NCBI GenBank assembly: GCA_964016885.1
Contig: OZ024747.1
Coordinates: 47,120,001 to 47,184,000 of the forward strand
Length of the DNA stretch: 64,000 bases
From: Eledone cirrhosa
Lineage: Eukaryota
Direction of reading: 5' to 3'
Shown here: one piece after another, positions 53,074 to 64,000 of the stretch
How the letters are laid out: every line of letters starts with the position of its first letter
Position numbering within the stretch: the stretch's first letter is position 1
The notes under the pieces: model-generated
What the model saw: only the letters and a program-made list of their open reading frames with translations
Databases searched by the model: none
Told to the model about the DNA's origin: nothing
Made by a program: the position numbers and the translations under genes

Positions 53074-54935
53074 CAGTTAGCTAAAGTCCCACAACCATTA
53101 GTAGCTGCTGTTGAACGCCTGACCAAGAACTGGTACACCAATTTGATCCTTGGAGGTGAGAAGGAGCAGGTTAAGACTGATAGGATACATTGCCAGAAGG
53201 GCATCTTTCAGGGTGATAGCTTGTCAGTACTACTCTTCGTTCTCTCACTGAATCCACTATCTTACCTACTCAGGAAACAAGGTGGACAAAGAAGTGGGCC
53301 CAGAAGTATCTCCCATCTTTTCTTTGTTGATGACCTGAAGTTGTATGGGCCAAATATCAATGACATCAAGAAACAATTGGACCTCATTACACAATTTTCA
53401 ACCGACATCAAAATGAAATTTGGTGAGTCCAAGTGTGCATATTTGGCAGTAGGGCGTGGAAGAGCTGTGCCCTCCTCTAGAAATCTAGATATGAACGGCC
53501 TGACAATACAACCTCTACAGTCAGGTGACAACTACAGATATCTTGGACAGGATGAGAATGTCAGATATGATGGACCCATAGATAAGGAGAGAGCCAGAGC
53601 TGAATACCTCAGAGGAGTAAAAAAAATATGGTCATCAGAACTGTCAGCATACAACAAATACATTGCCCACAATACCTATGCTGTGCCAATTATAACGCCA
53701 ACATTTGGCCTACTGAACTGGTCATTGCAAGAACTAAGTGAGATGGATGTTAGAACTCGTAAACTTCTCAGTGTTACTGGGAACTTTAACATCAATGGTG
53801 ATGTGGATAGGCTATACTTCTCACGCAAGGAAGGTGGCCGGGGTCTAAAATCAATATTAACAACATATGAGACCCGGATAGTAACACTGAAGCAACACCT
53901 TCAACAGAGGAAAAAGGTTGGCGACCATCTTGCTCAGGTTTATGAGCATGAAAAAAGAGGTATCATTAGAGTGGCGACTGATCTGGAGGAGAGATATGGA
54001 ATAAAGCCTGATATAAATCTCTCACCCAGAGAAATCGGAAGATCCTATTCAATGTTCAAACAAGAAGAAAAAATTTACCAATTTACAGAAAAAGTTGTGC
54101 ATGGATACTTGAGGCGTAAAACACAGACCATAGAGGGGATAAACCACTCAAAAAGCCTGGCATGGAGTTCCGACAAGTTTATGACATCACACCTTGAGGG
54201 ATATCTCTATGCAATACAGGAACAAGAACTCCCTACCAAATATCTGCTGCACAAAAGAGGAGGGCCAGCAGCTGACAATAAATGTAGGCTATGTAAAACA
54301 AAGATCGAGGATGTAAGCCACATTGTTGCCAGCTGCGAAAGAATGTCATCTCGCTACTACCTCCCCATGAGACACGATGGGATAGCTAGAACTATCTGGA
54401 ACGCACTTCGGAAAACAAAATTAACAACAAACGAGGAGGAATATATTGAGACAGATGGCACTAAGGAATACTGGTGGAACCTGAAAATAAAAACTGCCAC
54501 CAGATTAAAGCACAACCGGCCTGATATTGTAGTTTGGGACCACACATTGAAAACGTGTTCTGTTGTGGAGATCAGCTGCCCACTTGATGTAAACGTTGTC
54601 AGAAAAATACAGGAGAAGGAGGACATCTACGGACCATTGATGAGGAGCTTACAAATCCAGTATCCAAGATACACCTTTGCTTCATACCCATCATTATTGG
54701 TGCTACGGGTTATATACCAACCCGCTTGGACCAAAGTATGACCGAACTTGGATTTGCGGACAAAAAGCGCAGCTCCCTAATTCATAGTCTACAAATGGCT
54801 GCGATAGCTGGCACCTTCAAAATATGCAAAACATTCTTGCGATTCAAGGGATGACAATTTCTTTTCTTTTACAACCTTGCCACCAGGAAGGTGGCCGGTC
54901 AAAAAAATATACTCGAAATTAAGAGAAAGAGAAAA
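53074..54935 (+). mobile_element. R4/Dong-clade non-LTR retrotransposon, 5'-truncated, inserted in (TACA)n
   Basis: GIFQGDSLS, HLFFVDDLKLY, YRYLG, RKEGGRGL, AIQEQEL, CRLC..HIVASC, RHD, RPDIVV..EISCP..K..Y; one frameshift near 54680; stop at about 54854. Confidence 0.9.
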
Positions 54936-55589
54936 CATACATACGTACGTACGTACGTACATACATGCATACATACATATATACATGCATGCATACATAC
55001 ATACATACATACATACATACATACATACATACATACATACATACATACGTACGTACATACATGCATACATACATATATACATGCATGCATACATACATAC
55101 ATACATACATACGTACGTACATACATGCATACATACATATATACATACATACATATATACATACATGCATACATACATACATACATACATACATACATAC
55201 ATACATACATACATACATACATACATACATACATACATACGTACGTACATACATGCATACATACATATATACATGCATGCATACATACATACATACATAC
55301 ATACATACATACATACATACATACATACATACGTACGTACATACATGCATACATACATATATACATGCATGCATACATACATACATACATACATACATAC
55401 ATACATACATACATACATACATACATACGTACGTACATACATGCATACATACATATATACATGCATGCATACATACATACATACATACATACATACATAC
55501 ATACATACATACGTACGTACATACATGCATACATACATATATACATGCATGCATACATACATACATACATACATACATACATACATACA

Positions 55590-55855
55590 TGGTGGCTGCC
55601 AACTCGTTTTCGAGTACGGCCACTACTTTATATCCATGTAGGAGAACCCCTACCAATGCGCTGAACGAATGTGACTTTTTAGTCCAGCCAGCGACTTGAA
55701 AACTCTGGTACAAACACTACACTTGTGACAATTATTGACACATAGTGCTGGGCCCATGGTACCATGTGACGACCAGTGCAGAGAGATCTCCAGATATAAA
55801 GCAATGCCTGTGCTGTGAAGCTTTTATAGTGAGCAAAGGCACTGCACAAAGCAGC
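55590..55855 (-). mobile_element. RTE-derived family B copy (truncated)
   Basis: Close match to the reverse complement of 15675-15938. Confidence 0.85.
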
Positions 55856-56061
55856 ATATATATATACATATACATATACATACATATACACATACATACA
55901 TATACACATACATACATATATACATACATACATACATATATACATACATACATACACACATACATATACATATACATACATACATATATACATACATACA
56001 TACATACATATACACACACATACACATACACATACATACACATACATATACATACACATAC

Positions 56062-56092
<31 letters not shown>

Positions 56093-56290
56093 CATATACA
56101 TATATACATACATACATATACACATACATACATACATACACATACATACATACATATACATATACATATACATACATACATATACACATATATACATACA
56201 TACACATACACATACATACACATATACATATACATACATACACATACATACACATATACATATACATACATATACACATATACATACATA

Positions 56291-56496
56291 TGGTGGCTGC
56301 CAACTCGTTTTCGAGTACGGCCACTACTTTATATCCATGTAGGAGAACCCCTACCGAAGCGCTGAACGAGTGTGACTTTTTAGTCCAGCCAGCGACTTGA
56401 AAACTCTGGTACAAACACTACACCTGTGACAATTATTGACACATAGTGCTGGGCCCATGGTACCATGTGAGGACAAGTGCAGAGAGATCTCCAGAT
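56291..56496 (-). mobile_element. RTE-derived family B copy (truncated)
   Basis: Close match to the reverse complement of 15735-15938. Confidence 0.85.
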
Positions 56497-57285
56497 ACAC
56501 ATACATACATACATACATACATACATACGTAAGTACATACATGCATACATACATATATACATGCATGCATACATACATACATACATACATACATACATAC
56601 ATACATACATACATACATACATACATACATACATACATACGTACGTACATACATGCATACATACATATATACATACATACATACATACATACATACATAC
56701 ATACATACATACATACATACATACGTACGTACATACATACATACATACATACATACATACATACGTACGTACGTACGTACGTACATGCATGCATACATAC
56801 ATACATACATACATACATACATACATACAAACATACATGTATATAAACAGAATCCTTGTCGCCGCCTGAAGCCAATTACTAATTTAACCGGAAGTTAGTC
56901 AAACCACAGTATGGAAAGCAAGATAAATGGTAAGCCATTCATATACACACAAATAAACATTGGAATACATAGGTACATATTTATATATGAACACAAATCA
57001 TGTTATAAACCATTGGTTATTCTTAAGAAATTGCATTACAGTAGTCTAAAGAAGAAGCCTAAAGTAATGTTTTTCGGCTTCATCGATCAGAAAGAAGCAA
57101 AAATTCTAAGAGTAAATTGGATTTCCTTCGCCATTAGTTAGCCGATTTTTATGATAAAATGTATAGAATTTCGCACACACTCAATTAGAAGCACATACAC
57201 ATATATGCATATGTATATATATATATGTGTGTATGTGTGTGTAAATATATATACATATATGTATGTATATACATATATATATGTG

Positions 57286-57418
<133 letters not shown>

Positions 57419-57458
57419 CTAGATATTTATATAAATATATACATATATATGTACATAC

Positions 57459-57508
<50 letters not shown>

Positions 57509-57583
57509 TATATAAATATATATATATAGATAGATAGATAGATCTAGATATATATATAAATATATACATATATATGTATATAC

Positions 57584-57616
<33 letters not shown>

Positions 57617-57617
57617 A

Positions 57618-57646
<29 letters not shown>

Positions 57647-57649
<3 letters not shown>

Positions 57650-60264
57650 GAATATAGACATAGAATATTCGAAAATATTCTGTATGTTTATAATAAACAT
57701 TTTGAAGACCTAATCGCTATAGAATAGAATACGTCACGTATTACAATTAGATTCTCGATAAAAGCAAGGGAAGTAATCTACGCGTTTCATTCTTGTTAGA
57801 AATCATCAGGACTACATATCCAGTGCTTTTATCGAGAATGACACAGCTAGAGACTTATAGAATACTTAGCTGTGTACAGGAACTGGTTTGAAAGAGCGGT
57901 TGCCGGTCCGGCAGAAATTAGAAATTGGAATAAATGCTCTGAAATAGCGATATATATGTGAATATAGACATAGAATATTCGAAAATATTCTGTATGTTTA
58001 TAATAAACATTTTGAAGACCTAATCGCTATACAGAATATTTTCGAATATTCTATGTCTATATTCACATATATATCGCTATTTCAGAGCATTTATTCCAAT
58101 TTCTAATTTCTGCCGGACCGGCAACCGCTCTTTCAAACCAGTTCCTGTACACAGCTAAGTATTCTATAAGTCTCTAGCTGTGTCATTCTCGATAAAAGCA
58201 CTGGATATGTAGTCCTGATGATTTCTAACAAGAATGAAACGCGTAGATTACTTCCCTTGCTTTTATCGAGAATCTAATTGTAATACGTGACGTATTCTAT
58301 TCTATAGCGATTAGGTCTTCAAAATGTTTATTATAAACATACAGAATATTTTCGAATATTCTATGTCTATATTCACATATATATCGCTATTTCAGAGCAT
58401 TTATTCCAATTTCTAATTTCTGCCGGACCGGCAACCGCTCTTTCAAACCAGTTCCTGTACACAGCTAAGTATTCTATAAGTCTCTAGCTGTGTCATTCTC
58501 GATAAAAGCACTGGATATGTAGTCCTGATGATTTCTAACAAGAATGAAACGCGTAGATTACTTCCCTTGCTTTTATCGAGAATCTAATTGTAATACGTGA
58601 CGTATTCTATTCTATAGCGATTAGGTCTTCAAAATGTTTATTATAAACATACAGAATATTTTCGAATATTCTATGTCTATATTCACATATATATCGCTAT
58701 TTCAGAGCATTTATTCCAATTTCTAATTTCTGCCGGACCGGCAACCGCTCTTTCAAACCAGTTCCTGTACACAGCTAAGTATTCTATAAGTCTCTAGCTG
58801 TGTCATTCTCGATAAAAGCACTGGATATGTAGTCCTGATGATTTCTAACAAGAATGAAACGCGTAGATTACTTCCCTTGCTTTTATCGAGAATCTAATTG
58901 TAATACGTGACGTATTCTATTCTATAGCGATTAGGTCTTCAAAATATTTATTATAAACATACAGAATATTTTCGAATATTCTATGTCTATATTCACATAT
59001 ATATCGCTATTTCAGAGCATTTATTCCAATTTCTAATTTCTGCCGGACCGGCAACCGCTCTTTCAAACCAGTTCCTGTACACAGCTAAGTATTCTATAAG
59101 TCTCTAGCTGTGTCATTCTCGATAAAAGCACTGGATATGTAGTCCTGATGATTTCTAACAAGAATGAAACGCGTAGATTACTTCCCTTGCTTTTATCGAG
59201 AATCTAATTGTAATACGTGACGTATTCTATTCTATAGCGATTAGGTCTTCAAAATGTTTATTATAAACATACAGAATATTTTCGAATATTCTATCTCTAT
59301 ATTCACATATATATCGCTATTTCAGAGCATTTATTCCAATTTCTAATTTCTGCCGGACCGGCAACCGCTCTTTCAAACCAGTTCCTGTACACAGCTAAGT
59401 ATTCTATAAGTCTCTAGCTGTGTCATTCTCGATAAAAGCACTGGATATGTAGTCCTGATGATTTCTAACAAGAATGAAACGCGTAGATTACTTCCCTTGC
59501 TTTTATCGAGAATCTAATTGTAATACGTGACGTATTCTATTCTATAGCGATTAGGTCTTCAAAATGTTTATTATAAACATACAGAATATTTTCGAATATT
59601 CTATGTCTATATTCACATATATATCGCTATTTCAGAGCATTTATTCCAATTTCTAATTTCTGCCGGACCGGCAACCGCTCTTTCAAACCAGTTCCTGTAC
59701 ACAGCTAAGTATTCTATAAGTCTCTAGCTGTGTCATTCTCGATAAAAGCACTGGATATGTAGTCCTGATGATTTCTAACAAGAATGAAACGCGTAGATTA
59801 CTTCCCTTGCTTTTATCGAGAATCTAATTGTAATACGTGACGTATTCTATTCTATAGCGATTAGGTCTTCAAAATGTTTATTATAAACATACAGAATATT
59901 TTCGAATATTCTATGTCTATATTCACATATATATCGCTATTTCAGAGCATTTATTCCAATTTCTAATTTCTGCCGGACCGGCAACCGCTCTTTCAAACCA
60001 GTTCCTGTACACAGCTAAGTATTCTATAAGTCTCTAGCTGTGTCATTCTCGATAAAAGCACTGGATATGTAGTCCTGATGATTTCTAACAAGAATGAAAC
60101 GCGTAGATTACTTCCCTTGCTTTTATCGAGAATCTAATTGTAATACGTGACGTATTCTATTCTATAGCGATTAGGTCTTCAAAATGTTTATTATAAACAT
60201 ACAGAATATTTTCGAATATTCTATGTCTATATTCACATATATATCGCTATTTCAGAGCATTTAT

Positions 60265-60270
<6 letters not shown>
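57647..60270 (+). mobile_element. Retrozyme-like array: about 7.2 x 310-bp HHR-containing units plus about 1.2 inverted units
   Basis: Exact 310-bp period (CTGATGA at 58215, 58525, 58835, 59145, 59455, 59765, 60075); inverted arm 57647-58030; (TA)n on both sides; no meaningful ORF. Confidence 0.9.
58209..58251 (+). ncRNA. Minimal type I hammerhead ribozyme (first of 7 plus-strand copies; minus copy at 57773-57815)
   Basis: GTAGTC-CTGATGA-tttct aaca agaat-GAAA-CGCG-TA-GATTAC; palindromic ACGCGT stem III; GUA triplet, predicted cut after 58245. Confidence 0.88.
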
Positions 60271-60351
<81 letters not shown>

Positions 60352-60352
60352 T

Positions 60353-60988
60353 ATATTTCTTTATTAGCCACAGGGGCACAAAAGAAGGGGACAAATACAA
60401 AGGGGGAAGTTTACATACAATAAAAACGTGTAAAATGTTATCACAGATGGAATTTAAAAGTTAGTCGATTTTCCCCAATAGAGGGAGACAGTTTATATGG
60501 GTAACACATACCCCCGAAAAAAATGTGCAGCCCTCATCTCCAGGAGTACGAAGAGCTTGTACTCCTTTCCTCTCCTCCTCCTTTTCCTCAACCTACAGGC
60601 TGATATAGAGAGAAGGCCCATTCACTCGGGCCATTCTCGCCACTTTCACCCACCTTTCATAAAACTTGCTGGGGTACAGCACCTCTCTCTCCATCCTGAT
60701 TCTTCTTCCAAAGTGGTATTTGAAAAAAAGAATCAGTTGTTGGCCGGAGAGAAAGGTGTCTGATGTCAGCCCTTTCAACCTTGTCCACCATACAACCTCT
60801 TTCGCCATAGCTATCACACAAAGGAAAACCGCCTCTCCTTCGTTTTTGAAGGAGGGTGGCGGTTTGATCATGACAATGGACTCGGTGGTCAACTGGATTG
60901 GTCCCACCCGCGACATTAGTCGTTCTACATAGCCCCACAGGTCAGTGACGCCCGGGCAGTGTATGAATGCGTGCGCGACGGTTTCTTC
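60353..60988 (-). mobile_element. Tx1-like LINE 3' fragment
   Basis: [15 protein letters not shown]..., [18 protein letters not shown]; 3' UTR ends with AATAAAG. Confidence 0.85.
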
Positions 60989-61023
60989 TATATATATATA
61001 TATATATATAGATAGATATAGAT

Positions 61024-61094
<71 letters not shown>

Positions 61095-61167
61095 TAGATA
61101 TATATATAAATATATACATATATATGTATATACATATATATATAAATATATATATATATAAATATAT

Positions 61168-61327
61168 ACATGGACACACTAGAAGTGGAAGACCAAGGTT
61201 AACGTATGTTGATGCCCTAAGGACAGACACTGGTCTGTTGGAGACGCAGGAGATGGCAGCGATAATGAGGGACAGAGACCGCTGGAGAGAACTCGTCCAT
61301 GGATCTCGGGAATTTTACCCGCCTTAG
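61168..61327 (+). mobile_element. RTE/RTE-X-like LINE 3' fragment with (TAGA)n tail
   Basis: [23 protein letters not shown]...[11 protein letters not shown]. Confidence 0.7.
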
Positions 61328-61385
61328 ATAGATAGATAGATATATAAATATATACATATATGTATGTACACACACACACACACAC

Positions 61386-61432
<47 letters not shown>

Positions 61433-61912
61433 TGTATATTAAGAAGTGCACTAGAGGCCGAAGTGTACGATACATTATATAGATGTATACGTAAGATTGT
61501 GTCACTAAATCTAAACCAAGGTGTATATAAATATACACATATTTAATGTACAGGTATGTAAACATGCCAGGAAATGCGAATTTCCCATAAAACTAAAAAA
61601 TTGATAAATATCTTCAGTTGATTTCTGGACCTGATTGGACCCTCATCAGAAGGCTTGTATATCAGCCAAATTACAGCAAATAAACATGTACCTGGGTGGG
61701 GGGAGGCGCTAATATTCCCGTTCACTTTTAGTATAATTCTGAAAAGGACATACTAATTTGCATATAATTAGCGTTCGTGTTAGTAATTAATTAAAATATC
61801 TTTGGTTATGCTAGTAGCCGAAGTGTACAATAAAGATATATCTGAATATATACACACATATATATGTATATATATATGTATATACATTTATATATACACA
61901 CATATATAATCG

Positions 61913-61953
<41 letters not shown>

Positions 61954-61969
61954 GTACACACATACACAC

Positions 61970-62028
<59 letters not shown>

Positions 62029-62037
62029 CATACACAC

Positions 62038-62122
<85 letters not shown>

Positions 62123-62167
62123 AGTATACATACATATATATATGCACATGTATATATATATATATAT

Positions 62168-63110
62168 ACTAGCAGCATGACCCGGCGTTGCACGGGGTAG
62201 GAAACGTGTAGGAAACTGAGTAATTTTTGAATTCCCTTATTCTCAGGGAATGATTGTTCATCTATGGAAACGCAGAACACCAGCAGGCCGAATCCAGAAG
62301 TAGCAGCAGAAGGGGATCATAGTGCAATTAGCACAAACGCTGGGCGTTGGGCGTTGTTTAACGGTAGATCTTTAAACCTGGCAATATTTAAAACATATAG
62401 GTTTAATATAGTTTAACGGTAGATCTCTTTAAACCTAGCAACATGTAAAACATATAGATTTAATAATTGTTTCTACTCTTGGCACAAGGGCAGCATTATC
62501 CCAGTGTATCACTGGTACTTTATTTTATCAACCCCGTAAGGATGAAAGGCAAAGTTAACCTCGGCGGGATTCGAACTCAGACCATAAAGGGCCGTAACAC
62601 TTTGCTGCAAATTATGGCGTCCGACCCTCTACCGATATTGCCGATCCACCGCCCAGGGTTTCTACTCTTGGCACAAGGCCAGCAATTACTGGTACTTTAT
62701 TTTCAGTTAACCTCGGTGGGATTTGAACTCAGACCATAAAGGGCCGTAACCCTTTGCTGCAAATCATGGCGTCCGACCCTCTACCGATATTGCCGATCCA
62801 CCGCCCAGGGTTTCTACTCTTGGCACAAGGCCAGCAATTACTGGTACTTTATTTTAAGTTAACCTCGGCGCGATTTGAACTCAGACCATAAAGAGCCGTA
62901 ACTCTTTGTTGCAAAGCATGGTGTCTGACGCTCTACCGATACTGCCAAACTACCGCCCTCTGCCAAACCACCGTCTATATAGATTTAACAATGGTAGATC
63001 TCTTTAAAGCAAGCGGCATGTAAAACAGTTTTAATATAGTTTAATGGTGGGTCTCTTTAAACCTGGCAACATGTAAAGCATAGATTTAATACAGTTTAAC
63101 CGTTTTGCTG
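62168..63110 (-). mobile_element. Helitron-like 3' end with about 55-bp tandem repeats, interrupted by a SINE trimer
   Basis: Minus strand CCCGTGCAACGCCGGG hairpin, 8 nt, then CTAGT at 62168; repeats GTTTAACGGTAGATC..TTTAAACCTGGCAA on both sides of the SINEs. Confidence 0.6.
62465..62960 (-). mobile_element. Tandem trimer of SINE family A
   Basis: Three consecutive copies; two share an internal deletion. Confidence 0.85.
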
Positions 63111-63319
63111 CAGACCCCTCACCGCATCAGCGTTAATATTGTTAAGAGTTATAGATTTTTCTCTTGAGGGAGAGAGGACTGCTTGATCATTGGTTGGGTT
63201 GGCAGTAGTAGCAGAATAGCATAATAAAAATGATAATAGTTGGTTTCTTGAGGTAGTTTGAGATGGAAGGCGGGGGGAGGCAGAGAAATATGACTGCTTC
63301 AAAGTAGTAGTAGTAGTAT

Positions 63320-63361
<42 letters not shown>

Positions 63362-63610
63362 ATGTTGACAGTGATTATGTTTAGGGAAGTGGCAGATTTG
63401 AAACTCTGAAATATGAAGAATAGTTGTCGTTGTTGACCTGGTCGCTCCGTTAGAATATTGATTTCGTTCTCTGACCAATTATGGTTTTGAAATAATTACT
63501 TTTTTAATTATTATTTTGGAGACATGTTGTCTAGTCGTCCTCTTGTACCTTTTCTAATTATCTGTTCTTTACTGTTTTCCACCTTCTCTCTCTCTCTCTC
63601 TCTCTCTCTT

Positions 63611-63649
<39 letters not shown>

Positions 63650-63654
63650 GGGGA

Positions 63655-64000
63655 GGTAGAACACTGGAAGGTAATATCTGTAATGGTGGAGCACTCAGTC
63701 CATGGGACGAGTTAGGTATAAGTGGTAACACAACAGTTAGTTCACCATACTGAGAACAATTGTTTCACCTTAGCGGATCCTCAACTCGTAATGGTCCATT
63801 ACGCTAAGGTGAAACAATTGTTCTCAGTATGGTCAACTAAATGTTGTGTAACAACATATATATATAGTGGTAGAAGACTGGAAGGTAATATCCGTAGTGG
63901 TAGAGCACTCAGTCCATGGGACGAGTTAGGTAGAAGTGGTTACACAACAGTTAGTTCACCATACCGTGAACAATTGTTTCACCTTAGCGGATCCTCAGCT
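63655..64000 (-). mobile_element. Tandem (214-bp period) fold-back unit with minimal HHR, running off the window edge
   Basis: Arms 63724-63774 / 63802-63853; minus strand ag-CTGAGGA-tcc gctaa ggt-GAAA-CAATTG-TT at 63966-64000; first copy has TTGAGGA. Confidence 0.7.

Larger units (their letters stand above)
52380..56830. repeat. Complex (TACA)n satellite with higher-order units, hosting several LINE insertions
   Basis: Recurring block ACGTACGTACATACATGCATACATACATATATACATGCATGC(ATAC)n. Confidence 0.9.

Noticed and set aside
58029-60270. CRISPR-like array
   Set aside because: Whole 310-bp units are identical with no unique spacers; no cas genes; eukaryotic context

Overview
AT-rich, microsatellite-saturated animal genomic DNA, probably from an octopod cephalopod (inferred from the abundant tRNA-derived SINE family). 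No host gene exon could be identified. Nearly all ORFs in the track are (TA)n/(CA)n/(TACA)n artefacts. Real coding remnants come from retroelements: Tx1/L1, a long open RTE ORF with three C2H2 fingers, CRE, R4/Dong and two Penelope-like elements (RT + GIY-YIG). There is also a Helentron-like element carrying a 2A-like ORF and a PHD-type ORF1 fragment. The strongest unannotated signal is roughly 20 hammerhead ribozyme (HHR) motifs (CTGAnGA...GAAA...TH with pairing stems) in about 8 sequence families. They occur in Penelope pseudo-LTRs, in non-coding fold-back elements beside (TA)n tracts, and in a near-identical 7 x 310-bp retrozyme-like tandem array (57647-60270). Most share one geometry: minus-strand copy on the left, plus-strand copy on the right. 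All calls were made by eye; coordinates are approximate and no database searches were run.
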